Counted from the stretch's first letter, positions 18,525 through 28,900 are shown. The stretch: 64,000 nt of DNA from Candidatus Sulfotelmatobacter sp. (GCA_035622975.1 DASPUH010000133.1:966-64965), one strand, 5' to 3'. The notes: generated from the sequence alone by a model not told the origin. Translations and numbers: made by a program.

Positions 18525-19361
18525 CCAGCGTCCGGCGCGGGCGAGCTGCCCCGCGAGCCGCGCCATCCGTGGTACGTCGCGACCGTCGGGGCCGAGCGCG
18601 TCCACCAGCGCGGACGCGACGATGACCCCATCGACCGAGCGGGCCAGGCGCCGCACGTGGGCCGGCCGCGAGACACCAAAGCCGACCGCCACCGGGCCGT
18701 GGGCGACCGCGCGGACCTGGCCCAGGAACTGCGTCACGTCACGCGGCAGCCGGCTGCGGGCGCCGGTAACGCCGACGAGCGAGACGGTGTACAGGAAGCC
18801 GCCCGTGGTGGCGGCGATGTGGGCGCGGCGGGTGGGCGGGGTCGTCGGGGTGACGAGGTAGACGAGCGCGAGGCCCGCCTCGCGCGCCGCGGCCTCCACC
18901 GGTGCGCCCTCGTCCGGCGTCAGGTCAGCCAGGATGACGCCACTGGCCCCGGCCGCCGCCAGCCGCCCGAGGCGGCGAGCAGGATCGCCGTCGCCGAGCG
19001 CCTGGTTGACATAGGCCATCGGCACGAGCGGCGTGTCCGGCCGCGCCTGGTGGATCGCCCCCAGCAGCTCCACCGAGCGATCGAACGTCGCCCCGTTCCG
19101 CAGTGCCACCGCGGAGGCGCGCTGGAGCGTGGTGCCGTCGGCGAGCGGGTCGCTGTACGGCAGGCCCAGCTCCATGGCGTCCGCTCCGGCATCGATCGAG
19201 GCGAGCGCCACCTCCAGGCTGGTGGCGGCGTCGGGGTAGCCGGCCACGACGTAGGGCACGAACGCGACGCGGCGGTCGCGGGCGGCGCGGGCGAACGCGG
19301 CGTGCAGACGCTCCGCGCCGGGCGTCTCATCGGTCCCCCGCACGGCGGTGGTGGCGGTCAC
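18504..19361 (-). CDS. trpA: tryptophan synthase alpha chain
   Basis: 285 aa. FVPYVVAGYPD, MELGLPYSDPLADG, GFGVS. The 3' end overlaps the convergent dipeptidase by 21 nt. Confidence 0.9.
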   Translation of the reverse strand: MTATTAVRGTDETPGAERLHAAFARAARDRRVAFVPYVVAGYPDAATSLEVALASIDAGADAMELGLPYSDPLADGTTLQRASAVALRNGATFDRSVELLGAIHQARPDTPLVPMAYVNQALGDGDPARRLGRLAAAGASGVILADLTPDEGAPVEAAAREAGLALVYLVTPTTPPTRRAHIAATTGGFLYTVSLVGVTGARSRLPRDVTQFLGQVRAVAHGPVAVGFGVSRPAHVRRLARSVDGVIVASALVDALGPDGRDVPRMARLAGQLARAGRWSGAQHP

Positions 19362-22162
19362 GCCGACCCGCCTGCGCCATCGCCCAGCACGCCGAGATCC
19401 TTGTCGCCGCGTCCGGACAGGCCCAGCAGGACGACCGAGCCGCCGGCCAGCGGCGGCCGGCCGGCCGAGCCGGTCAGCAGGCGGGGCAGGGCGGCGATGG
19501 CATGGGCGGGCTCCAGGGCCGGGATGATGCCCTCGGTGCGGGTCAGCAGGCGCATCGCGTCCACCGCCTCCGTGTCGGTCGCAGCCAGCACCTCAAGCCG
19601 CCCCGCGGCGTAGAGCGCGGAGAGCTGGGGCCCGATGCCGGGGTAATCGAGCCCGGCGCTGAGCGAGACGGCCTCCACGACCTGGCCGTCGGCGTCCTGG
19701 AGCATGTACGAGCGGGAGCCGTGGAGGATGCCCGGTGTGCCGCCGGCCAGCGCCGCCGCGTGCCGCCCGGTGGCCAGTCCCTCCCCGGCCGCCTCCACCC
19801 CTACGAGGCGGACGGCCGGCTCGCCGATGAAGCGTGACAGGAGCCCGAGCGCGTTCGAGCCGCCGCCGAGGCACGCGACCGCCACGGCCGGCAGCCGACC
19901 CTCCATCTCGAACAGCTGCACCGCGGCCTCGTCACCGATGCGACGCTGGAGGTCGCGCACGATCAGCGGGTAGGGATGCGGCCCGACCGCCGACCCCAGG
20001 ACGTAGTGGGTGGTGGCCACGTTGGTGACCCAGTCGCGCATCGCCTCGTTGACCGCGTCCTTCAGCGTGGCGCTGCCGCTCGTGACGGTCACCACGTCAG
20101 CCCCCAGGGCCCGCATGCGCAGCACGTTGGGCGCCTGGCGCCGGATGTCCTCGGCACCCATGTAGACGACGCATGGCAGGTCCAGCAGGGCGCAGGCGGT
20201 GGCCGTCGCGACGCCGTGCTGCCCGGCGCCCGTCTCGGCGATGACCCTGGTCTTGCCCAGGCGGCGAGTGAGGAGGGCCTGGCCGAGCGCGTTGTTGATC
20301 TTGTGGGCCCCAGTGTGGTTCAGGTCCTCGCGCTTGAGCCAAAGGTGGATCGCGCCCGCGTCCCGTCCCGCTTGGCGAGCCACGGCCGCGGCGAGCCGAT
20401 CCGCCCGGTAGAGCGCCGACGGACGACCGACGTACCGCGTCCCGAGCTCCCGGAGCTGGGCCCAGTAGCGGGGATCGGCGCGGACGGTCGACCAGGCTGC
20501 CTCGAGCTGCTCGAGCGCGTTGACCAGCGTCTCAGGCACGTACCGGCCGCCGAACGCGCGGTCCGTGCCCCATCGGCCGTGGTCATCCACCTCCACCAGG
20601 CCGGGCGCGACGGGGCTCGGCCGCGCGGCGACCGTCGGGCGGTCGAAGCGGGCGGCCCTGGCGCGCTTGACGAAGAGGGCCGTCCGGAACGGGTCCTTGC
20701 GCGGGCGCTGGCCCGGCCGGCGCGGCAGGTCGGTGCCCGACGCCACGTCGACGCCGGTGGCGGACACGGCCAGCACCGCCTCACCGACGGTGGCGGGATC
20801 AAGGCCGCCAGCGAGGATGACCGGCACCTCGCGGGCGACGGCCGCCGCGACGGCGCGATCCACCGCCACGCCGGTTCCCCCGGCGTGCAGCCCGCCGGCG
20901 GCGTCCAGCAGCACTCGCTCGACCGGCGGCAGCGCGAGCCAGCCCTGGATGCTCGCCACGAGCTCCGGTGCGGCCCGGTCGGCATGGACCGTCTTCCAGA
21001 CGGGTCGCCCGACGGCGGCCACGACCTCCGGCGGCTCGTCCCCTGAGCACTGCACGGCGTCGGGATCGAGGGCGTCGACGAGGGCTGCCAGGTCGGCCGC
21101 CGACGCGTCCGCCGTGACCGCCACGAGGCGCGGCGTCGACCCTGTGCGAGACGCCCGCAGCAGGCCGGCGAGGGCCGCGGCCCCCGGCAGCTCCAGGCAA
21201 CGGGGCGTGCCTGGCACCACGTTGAGGCCGACCGCGTCGGCACCGGCACGGACGGCGGCCAGCAGCCCGTCCTCGTCGGTGACGCCGCAGATCTTGACGA
21301 GCGGCCCGCGGGCGTACGCGGCCGCGTCATCTGGCACCGCGCCGGCTGCCTCGAGGACGCGGGCAGCGGCTTCCGGCTCCCCCGCCCGCATGAGCGCCTC
21401 GCCGACTAGCACCGCGTCCACGCCGAGCGCGCGCAGGTCGCGCACGGCCGCCGCGTCACGGATCCCCGACTCGGCCACCACGACCCGGTCACGGGGCACG
21501 CAACCGACCAGGGCCACCACCCGCACGGGGTCGACCGCGAGGGTCCGCAGGTCCCGCGCGTTGAGGCCGATGACCCGGGCCGGCGTGCCGAGCGCTCGTT
21601 CCAGCTCCCGCTCGTCATGGGCCTCGACCAGCGGCTCCAGGCCCAGGTCCAGGGCCTGGCGCACGAGCCGCGCCAGCCGGGCCGCCGGATGGAGCGCGGC
21701 CAGCAGCAGGACGGCGTCCGCGCCGGCCAGCCGCAGCTGCGGCAGCTGGCGGGGGTCGACCACGAACTCCTTGGCCAGCACCGGCAGGGCCACGGCCGCG
21801 CGCACGAGGCGCACGTCATCCAGTGAGCCCCCGAAGTGGCGGGGCTCGCACAGCACCGAGATGGCGGCGGCGCCCCCGGCCGCGTACGCGCGCGCCCGCT
21901 CCGCCACGTCGAGGTCTGCGCCAGCCAGCCGGCCCGCGGACGGCGAGGCACGCTTGACCTCCGCGATCAGACGCGTGCCTGGCGCCGCCAGGCGCTCCGC
22001 GAAGGGGCGCGGCGGAGCCGCTCGGCGCGCGTCCCGCCGCAGCTCGTGGAGCGAGGCCCCGCCGAGCTCAGCCAGCACGTCGGCCTGTCGCTGCGCGGCG
22101 ATCCGGCCGAGCACGCCGAGGCGCGCGGCCGGCGGCCGGACGCGAGGCGCGACCACGGTCAT
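19358..22162 (-). CDS. trpCFB: single ORF encoding indole-3-glycerol-phosphate synthase (TrpC), phosphoribosylanthranilate isomerase (TrpF) and tryptophan synthase beta (TrpB)
   Basis: 935 aa from ATG 22160-22162 (overlaps the trpD stop as ATGA). TrpC region: LIAEVKRASPSAG...ESGI. TrpF region: LVKICGVTDEDG...VDVASG. TrpB region: FGGRYVPETL...LNHTGAHKINN...GGGSNA. No stop codon between domains. The upstream 130 aa of ORF 19358..22552 were rejected. Confidence 0.8.
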   Translation of the reverse strand: MTVVAPRVRPPAARLGVLGRIAAQRQADVLAELGGASLHELRRDARRAAPPRPFAERLAAPGTRLIAEVKRASPSAGRLAGADLDVAERARAYAAGGAAAISVLCEPRHFGGSLDDVRLVRAAVALPVLAKEFVVDPRQLPQLRLAGADAVLLLAALHPAARLARLVRQALDLGLEPLVEAHDERELERALGTPARVIGLNARDLRTLAVDPVRVVALVGCVPRDRVVVAESGIRDAAAVRDLRALGVDAVLVGEALMRAGEPEAAARVLEAAGAVPDDAAAYARGPLVKICGVTDEDGLLAAVRAGADAVGLNVVPGTPRCLELPGAAALAGLLRASRTGSTPRLVAVTADASAADLAALVDALDPDAVQCSGDEPPEVVAAVGRPVWKTVHADRAAPELVASIQGWLALPPVERVLLDAAGGLHAGGTGVAVDRAVAAAVAREVPVILAGGLDPATVGEAVLAVSATGVDVASGTDLPRRPGQRPRKDPFRTALFVKRARAARFDRPTVAARPSPVAPGLVEVDDHGRWGTDRAFGGRYVPETLVNALEQLEAAWSTVRADPRYWAQLRELGTRYVGRPSALYRADRLAAAVARQAGRDAGAIHLWLKREDLNHTGAHKINNALGQALLTRRLGKTRVIAETGAGQHGVATATACALLDLPCVVYMGAEDIRRQAPNVLRMRALGADVVTVTSGSATLKDAVNEAMRDWVTNVATTHYVLGSAVGPHPYPLIVRDLQRRIGDEAAVQLFEMEGRLPAVAVACLGGGSNALGLLSRFIGEPAVRLVGVEAAGEGLATGRHAAALAGGTPGILHGSRSYMLQDADGQVVEAVSLSAGLDYPGIGPQLSALYAAGRLEVLAATDTEAVDAMRLLTRTEGIIPALEPAHAIAALPRLLTGSAGRPPLAGGSVVLLGLSGRGDKDLGVLGDGAGGSA

Positions 22163-23211
22163 GCGGTGGCTGCCGGGGCCGCGGCTTCGGCGGCGGCCCG
22201 CCGGGCGCGCAGGCGGGTGAGGAGCGCTGCGGCCGCCCCCGAGTCGATGGTCCGGGCGGCCAGCTGGGTGCCGGCGCGCAGCGTCGCCGCCCGGCCGGCG
22301 ACCTGCAGCGCGGCCGCCGCGTTGAGCACGACGACCGCGCGGCGCGGGCCCTCCGCACCGCCGAGCAGGGCCTCGATGAGGCGCGCGTTCTCGGCCGGCG
22401 TGCCGCCGCGCAGGGCCTCCGTCGGCACGACCGGCAGGCCCAGTTGGCGCAGGTCGGCGGCCGTCACAGCCTGTCGGGTGATGCCGCCCGGCCTCACGTC
22501 GTGGATGATCCCGCTGCCGTCCAGCGGCAGCTCGTCGACGCGGTCGCCGCACACCACGAACGTGCGCTCGGTGCCCAGCTCGCGGGCTACCGCCGCGATG
22601 GCCGCGGCTACGGTGACGTCGGCCACGCCCAGGAGTTGACGGCGCACGCCGGCCGGGTTGGTCAGCGGACCGACCAGGTTGAACGCGGTTCGAACGCCGA
22701 TCTCGCGGCGCGTCGGTCCCGCGTGACGCATCGCAGGGTGGAAGCCAGGCGCGAACAGGAAGGCGAAGCCGTCCTCGCGCAGCGCCTCGGCCGCCGCGTC
22801 GGGGGTCTGCTCGACCGTCACGCCGAGGGCGTCGAGGACGTCCGTGGAGCCGGACGCGGAGGTGATCGCCCGGTTGCCGTGCTTGGCCACCGGCACACCC
22901 GTGGCGGCCACGACGAGCGCCGCGGCGGTGCTGATGTTGAACGTGCCGCTCCCGTCACCCCCGGTGCCCACCACGTCGATCGCCCCTGCGGGCGCAGTGA
23001 CCCGCAGGACGCGCTCGCGCATGACGGTGGCGAACCCGGTCAGCTCCTCCACCGTCTCACCGCGCACCCGCAACGCCATGAGGAGCGCCGCGATCTGGGA
23101 CGGCGTCGCCTCGCCGTCCATGACCTGGGTCATCGCGGCGCGAGCCTCCTCGCGCGTCAGGCTCTGGCCCTCGACGATCGCTGCCAGCGCGGCGCGGACC
23201 GCGTCGCTCAT
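22159..23211 (-). CDS. trpD: anthranilate phosphoribosyltransferase
   Basis: 350 aa. GTGGDGSGTFNISTAAALVVAATGVPVAKHGNR. Confidence 0.9.
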   Translation of the reverse strand: MSDAVRAALAAIVEGQSLTREEARAAMTQVMDGEATPSQIAALLMALRVRGETVEELTGFATVMRERVLRVTAPAGAIDVVGTGGDGSGTFNISTAAALVVAATGVPVAKHGNRAITSASGSTDVLDALGVTVEQTPDAAAEALREDGFAFLFAPGFHPAMRHAGPTRREIGVRTAFNLVGPLTNPAGVRRQLLGVADVTVAAAIAAVARELGTERTFVVCGDRVDELPLDGSGIIHDVRPGGITRQAVTAADLRQLGLPVVPTEALRGGTPAENARLIEALLGGAEGPRRAVVVLNAAAALQVAGRAATLRAGTQLAARTIDSGAAAALLTRLRARRAAAEAAAPAATA

Positions 23212-23918
23212 CTGGTCGCACCGGCGGGCGCCGCCAGCCCGTGCGTGGCGAAGCCCGTCGCGGCCGCCGCGTCAAGGATGTCGGCATGGCCCTGGCCGGT
23301 CAGGCGGAGGAAGTTGGCCAGGATGCGCGGCCCGGCCGGCGTGAGGACGGACTCGGGGTGGAACTGCACGCCCTCCAGTGGCAGGGTCCGGTGGCGCATC
23401 GCCATGACCACTCCGTCGGCGGTGCGACCGGTGACCTCGAGGGTCACCGGCAGGGTGCCCTCATCGACCGTCAGCGAGTGGTATCGCGCGGCGGGAAAGG
23501 GCGAGGGCAGGCCCTCCAGCAGGCCCCGGCCGTCATGGATGATCTCGCTGGCCTCGCCGTGGACCAGCGTCGGCGCACGAGCGATGGTCGCCCCGAAAGC
23601 GGCACCCAGGCACTGGTGGCCCAGGCACACCCCGAGCAGCGGGATCCCCCATGCCGCCGCGACCTCCACGGCGGCCACGGAGACGCCGGCCGAGCCCGGC
23701 TCACCGGGTCCGGGCGAGATGACGATGCCCGCCAGGCGGTCGTCATGTGGCCCGGCGCCTGCCGCCTCCCGCGCCAGGGCCTCCAGGCTCTCCCGATCGA
23801 GGGCGTCGTTACGGACGACGCGCAGGGCGGCTCCGGCGACCTCGAGCGCCTGGACGAGGTTGAAGGTGAAGCTGTCGTAGTTGTCGATGACGAGGATCAC
23901 CCGTTCACCCCGCTCCAT
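23208..23918 (-). CDS. trpG: anthranilate synthase component II (glutamine amidotransferase)
   Basis: 236 aa class I GATase. GVCLGHQ catalytic Cys, HPES. Overlaps trpD and trpE by 4 and 14 nt. Confidence 0.88.
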   Translation of the reverse strand: MERGERVILVIDNYDSFTFNLVQALEVAGAALRVVRNDALDRESLEALAREAAGAGPHDDRLAGIVISPGPGEPGSAGVSVAAVEVAAAWGIPLLGVCLGHQCLGAAFGATIARAPTLVHGEASEIIHDGRGLLEGLPSPFPAARYHSLTVDEGTLPVTLEVTGRTADGVVMAMRHRTLPLEGVQFHPESVLTPAGPRILANFLRLTGQGHADILDAAAATGFATHGLAAPAGATR

Positions 23919-25551
23919 GGTGCGTCACGAGCGACGGGCCGTTCGTCGCGCCGGTCGCCTCGGCGGCCGCCGCGAGCGCGCCGCGCATGGCCGCCGCCTT
24001 GTGCTCGGTCTCCTCGAACTCGCTGGAGGGGACGCTGCCCGCCACGATCCCCGCTCCGGCGTGCAGGTGGAGCGCGCCGTCGCGCAGGACCGCCGAGCGG
24101 ATGGCGATGGCTGTATCCAGGTTGCCGTCGTAGCCCAGGTAGCCGACGGCGCCCCCGTAGATGCCGCGCCGCTCGCCCTCGAGCTGGGCGATGAGTTGCA
24201 TCGCGCGGACCTTCGGGGCGCCGGACAGCGTGCCGGCCGGGAACACGCTGCGCAGCGCATCCAGCGCGTCGAGGCCCGGCCGCAGGCGGCCCTCCACGTG
24301 GCTGACCAGGTGCAGGACGTGGCTGTAGCGCTCGACCTCCATGTACCGCGTGACCGCCACCGATCCGGCCACCGCCACCCGGCCCAGGTCGTTGCGCCCG
24401 AGGTCGACCAGCATGACGTGCTCGGCGCGCTCCTTGGGGTCGCGCTGCAACTCGTCGGCGATGCGCTCGTCCTCGCGCTCGTCGGCGCCCCGCGGGCGCG
24501 TGCCCGCGATGGGGTGCGTGGTGAGCGCATCACCCTCGACCCGCAGGAGGAGTTCGGGGCTCGCGCCGACGACCTCGAATGCCGGATGGCGCACGTAGAA
24601 GAGGTACGGGCTGGGGTTGATGCGCCGCAGCGCACGGTACAGGTCCAGGCCGCCGAGGGGCCGACCGTCGGGCCGCGTCGGGAGGGCCATCGTCTGGCGG
24701 CGGGCGAGCACGATCTGGATCGCCTCGCCGGCGGCGATGGCCTGCTTGGCGGCGACGACCGCCGATTCGTACGCGTCGCGGCTCAGGCTTGCCTCGACCG
24801 CAGCCGTGCGGCCGGGGGCGCCGCCCGTTCCGGGCCGGGCCACGACCTCCTCGAGCTCCGATCGGCTCGGCCGCCGGGTCCGTTCCAGGGCCTCGAAGAT
24901 GGCCCGCTCGGCGACGCGGTAGCGGCCTTCGAGGTCGGGTGCCGCGGTATGGAGCGACGCGATCGCCGAGAGGGTCTGGGTCAGGTGGTCGAAGACCAGC
25001 ACGAGATCGGTCTCCAGGAACGCGGCGAGCGGCACCGCGACGGGATCCCGGGCCGGCTGCGTCACGGGCTCGAAGCAGCCGACGGCGTCATAGGCCAGCA
25101 CCCCGACGGCGCCCCCCGTGAACCGCGGCATCTCGCTGGTGGGCGCGACGCGGCGGCGAGGCGCAAAAGCCCGCAGCGCGGCCAGCGGGTCGGTCGCTTC
25201 GGCCGTCGTGGTCGGCAGGTCGGGCGTGTACGTGTCGACCGAGAGGGGGCGCGTGGTGATGCGCGCGCTGGCGCCCGTGACCTCCAGGACGCGACGCGGC
25301 GAGACACCCAGGAAGGAATAACGGCCCACCCGCTCGCCACCCTCCACCGACTCGAGCAGGTAGCACGGCCCGCCGTCGTCCAGGCGCAGGAGGGCGCCCA
25401 TCGGCGTCTCCAGGTCGGCCGCCCGCGACGCGCGCAGCAGGATCGTGTCGGCGTTGCCGGCCAGGCGGCGCGTCTCGGTGATGCTCAGCGGGTCGGGCAG
25501 GGCCATGGCGGTGCGTGTTCCTTCAGTGCGCCGGATGAGGCCGGGAATCAC
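23905..25551 (-). CDS. trpE: anthranilate synthase component I
   Basis: Chorismate-binding enzyme motifs (LESVEGGERVGRYSF, GAVGYLGYDG, IRS). Start placed at GTG 25549-25551 with SD GAAAGG 5 nt upstream. An internal ATG at 25506 is the alternative start. Confidence 0.85.
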   Translation of the reverse strand: MIPGLIRRTEGTRTAMALPDPLSITETRRLAGNADTILLRASRAADLETPMGALLRLDDGGPCYLLESVEGGERVGRYSFLGVSPRRVLEVTGASARITTRPLSVDTYTPDLPTTTAEATDPLAALRAFAPRRRVAPTSEMPRFTGGAVGVLAYDAVGCFEPVTQPARDPVAVPLAAFLETDLVLVFDHLTQTLSAIASLHTAAPDLEGRYRVAERAIFEALERTRRPSRSELEEVVARPGTGGAPGRTAAVEASLSRDAYESAVVAAKQAIAAGEAIQIVLARRQTMALPTRPDGRPLGGLDLYRALRRINPSPYLFYVRHPAFEVVGASPELLLRVEGDALTTHPIAGTRPRGADEREDERIADELQRDPKERAEHVMLVDLGRNDLGRVAVAGSVAVTRYMEVERYSHVLHLVSHVEGRLRPGLDALDALRSVFPAGTLSGAPKVRAMQLIAQLEGERRGIYGGAVGYLGYDGNLDTAIAIRSAVLRDGALHLHAGAGIVAGSVPSSEFEETEHKAAAMRGALAAAAEATGATNGPSLVTHHGAG

Positions 25552-25805
25552 GACGACCTTTCGTCCTCCGGGACGAAAGGTCGTGCCTTCCGCGGTGCCA
25601 CCCGCCTTCGACGACCAGTCCGGTCGTCGCGCTCTGCCGACGGACCGCGCGGCGGTCGATCGGTGCTGCCCTGGTAACGCTGGCGCCCTGCGCCGGAGCC
25701 TACCGGGCGGACCTTGGTCCGCCGTTCGGTCCGGGGCTCACGGGTCCATTCCCCGCCGCCCTCGCTCCGGCTTGCACCAGCCGCCGGTTCTCTTGGCCGA
25801 GGATC
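25549..25805 (-). promoter_or_regulatory. T-box riboswitch leader, Trp-specific (UGG specifier); its 3' helix overlaps the trpE SD and GTG start (translation-level, actinobacterial-type)
   Basis: Minus-strand RNA carries T-box sequence GGGUGGCACCGCG (plus 25591-25603), where UGGC would pair with NCCA of a G73 tRNA. A 14-bp helix CACGACCUUUCGUCC/GGACGAAAGGUCGU (plus 25549-25585) contains AAAGG and the GUG start. Upstream there are Stem I-like elements: AGAGA, GGUGCAA distal loop, specifier loop GGGAAUGGAC. Confidence 0.65.
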
Positions 25806-25973
25806 GTCGGGTACTCGTCCCGTTCACAGCCGTCTTCAGTTGTGGAGCGCGAGTCTAGGCGGGGCCCGGAAGGGTGTCAACGACGACATGCCGTGTGGTG
25901 GCCGGCGACTCGGTCTGGCCAGCGGATGCGCGGTGCGCTAACGTCCGACCGGCATGCTGACGGTGGTGGGCAG

Positions 25974-28900
25974 ATGACCTGCGGCAACTGCGGGGCCGAG
26001 AACCGGGCCGGGCGCAAGTTCTGCGCCGAGTGCGGCATGGCCCTCACGCCGCCGTGCCCCAGCTGCGGCGCCTATAACGAGCCGGGCGAGAAGTTCTGCG
26101 GCGAGTGCGGGACGGCCCTCGGCGGCGGCGCCGCGGTCGCGCCGGCCGCGAAGGCCGCGGCGGCGTCGGCTCCCCAGGCCGAGCGTCGCCTGGTCTCCAT
26201 CCTGTTCGTCGATCTCGTGGGGTCGACCGCGCTCGCCGAGGGCCGCGATCCGGAAGAGACGCGCGATCTGCTGACCCGTTACTTCGACCTGGCCCGCGAC
26301 GTCATCGTCCGCTACGGCGGGTCGGTGGAGAAGTTCATCGGCGACGCCGTGATGGCGATGTGGGGCGCCCCGACGGCGCACGAGGACGACGCGGAGCGGG
26401 CCGTGCGCGCCGGGCTGGAGCTGGTGGCGGCGGTCAGGACGATCGGGCCGTCGATCCGGGCGCGGGCGGGCATCCTGACCGGCGAAGCTGCGGTGACCAT
26501 CGGTGCGGTGGGCCAGGGCATGGTCGCCGGCGACCTGGTCAACACGGCGAGCCGCCTCCAGAGCGTCGCGCCGCCGGGCGCCGTGCTCGTGGGCGAAGCG
26601 ACGCAACGCGCGGCGGCCGGGGCGATCGCGTTCGAGCCGGCCGGCGACACCATCCTCAAGGGCAAGGCCGCGCCCGTGCCGGCGTGGCGCGCCGTGCGCG
26701 TCGTCGCAGAGCGAGGTGGGCGCAATCGCGCCGAGACCCTGGAAGCGCCGTTCGTGGGCCGTGACGACGAGCTGCGCCTGCTCAAGGACCTCTTCCACGC
26801 CACCACGCGGGAGGGTCGTGCACGCCTCGTGTCGGTCATCGGGCCGGCCGGCATCGGCAAGACGCGCCTGGCCTGGGAGTTCCTCAAGTACCTCGACGGC
26901 CTCGTCGAGACCGTCTGGTACCACGACGGCCGCAGCCCGGCGTATGGCGACGGCATCAGCTTCTGGGCGCTCGGCGAGATGGTGCGGCGGCGAGCGGGCC
27001 TGCTCGAGGGCGACGACGAGGCCACCACGCGCCACAAGATCGCCGAGTTGCTCGCCGAGCACGTGCCCGACGAGGAGGAGCGGCGCTGGATCGAGCCGGC
27101 CCTGCTGACGCTCCTCGGCGTGGGTTCGGGCGTGGGCTCGGACCAGCTGTTCGGCGCCTGGCGCACGTTCTTCGAGCGGCTCGCGGCCTCCGCACCGGTC
27201 GTCCTCGTGTTCGAGGACTTCCACTTCGCCGATAGCGGCCTCCTGGATCTCGTCGACCATGTCATGGAATGGAGCCGCAACGTCCCCATCTACGTCGTGA
27301 CGCTGGCGCGCCCGGAGCTCCTGGAGAAGCGGCCGGACTGGGGCGCCGGCAAGCGCAACTTCACCTCGCTCTACCTGGAGCCGCTGGCCGAGCCGGCCAT
27401 GCGCGAGTTGCTCGCCGGGCTGGTGCCCGGCCTGCCGGCGCCGGCCGTCCGCGCCATCGTGGCCCGTGCCGACGGCGTGCCCCTCTACGCCGTGGAGACG
27501 GTCCGGATGCTCGTGGCCCAGGGCCGCCTCCGGCTGGAGGGCGATGCCTATGTCCCGACCGGGGACCTCAGCACGCTCGATGTGCCCGAGACGCTCACGG
27601 CGCTCATCGCGAGCCGCCTCGACAGCCTGGAGGCGGCCGACCGGGCGCTCGTGGCGGACGCCGCCGTGCTGGGCCAGAGCTTCACCATCGCCGGACTCAT
27701 CGCCGTGGCGGGTCGTCCCCAGGGCGAACTCGAGCCCGGCCTGCGGGCCCTCGTCCGCCGCGAGATCCTGACCCTGGAGGCCGACCCGCGCAGCCCCGAG
27801 CGCGGCCAGTATTCCTTCGTCCAGGCGCTCATCCGCGAGGTCGCCTACCACACCCTGGCGCACGGTGACCGGAAGGTCCGCCACCTGGCTGCGGCGCGCT
27901 TCTTCGAGTCGCTCGGCAGCGACGAGCTGGCGGGGGCGCTCGCCGGCCACTACCTGGCCGCCCACGCCAACGCCCCCGACGGACCGGAGCGGGATGCCCT
28001 CGCTGGACAGGCCCGCATCGCGCTGCGTGCGGCGGGCGAACGGGCCTCCGCGCTCGGGTCGCATGACCAGGCGATCACGTTCTTCGAGCAGGCCCTGTCG
28101 ATCACGAGTGACCCCGCGGACCGAGCAGGCCTTCACCTGGCAGCCGCCACCGCGGCGAAGGCGGTGGGGCGCACCGACGACGCCGAACGGCACTACCGAG
28201 CGGCCCTCGAGTACCACAGCGCGACCGGCGACCGGTCGGCGCAGGCCGCGACCATCGCCAGCCTCGCGGACGCCCTGTTGACGGCCTACCGCACCGCGCC
28301 GGCACTCGAGATGCTGATCCAAGCGGACGGCGCGCTGGCCGACCTGGGCGACGATCCCCAGTTCATCCGGCTGCGCGGCCAGCTGGCCCGCGCGTATTTC
28401 TTCAGCGACGAGGACGCGCGCGCGGTGGCCATCGCGGACGGGGTCCTCGAGGCGGCGGAGCGACTCGACCTGATCGCCGTCGTCGCCGACACGCTGATCA
28501 CCCGCGGCAGCGCGCTGGCGGGCCTCGGTCGCCCCTATGAGGGCCTCGGGGCGATCGAGGCGGGCAGTCGCCTGGCGGCCAACCATGGCCTCCTGCGCAC
28601 CCAGATGCGGGGCCTCATCAACCTGTGCTCGCTCTCGGTCGACATCGACCCGCGTGCCGCCCTGGCGGCCATCCGCCAGGCCATCGCCATCGCCGAACGG
28701 CTCGGCGAGCGGGGGTTCCAGCTGTTCGACAACGCCTTCACGGCCGCCCTGGCCATCGGCGACTGGGATCCGCTGGACGGGCTCCTGGAACCGATGCTCG
28801 CCCTCGAGACGCGATCGATCTGGGCCGTCGCGGCGAACGACACGCTGACCCTGCGGGCGTTCCGCGGCGAGCCCTACGGCGATCTGTGGCCACGCCTCCA

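Noticed and set aside
22163-22552. 130-aa N-terminal extension of the trpCFB ORF
   Set aside because: Overlaps trpD in another frame and is Arg/Pro/Gly-rich. ATG at 22160-22162 gives an ATGA coupling with the trpD stop and a proper TrpC N-terminus.
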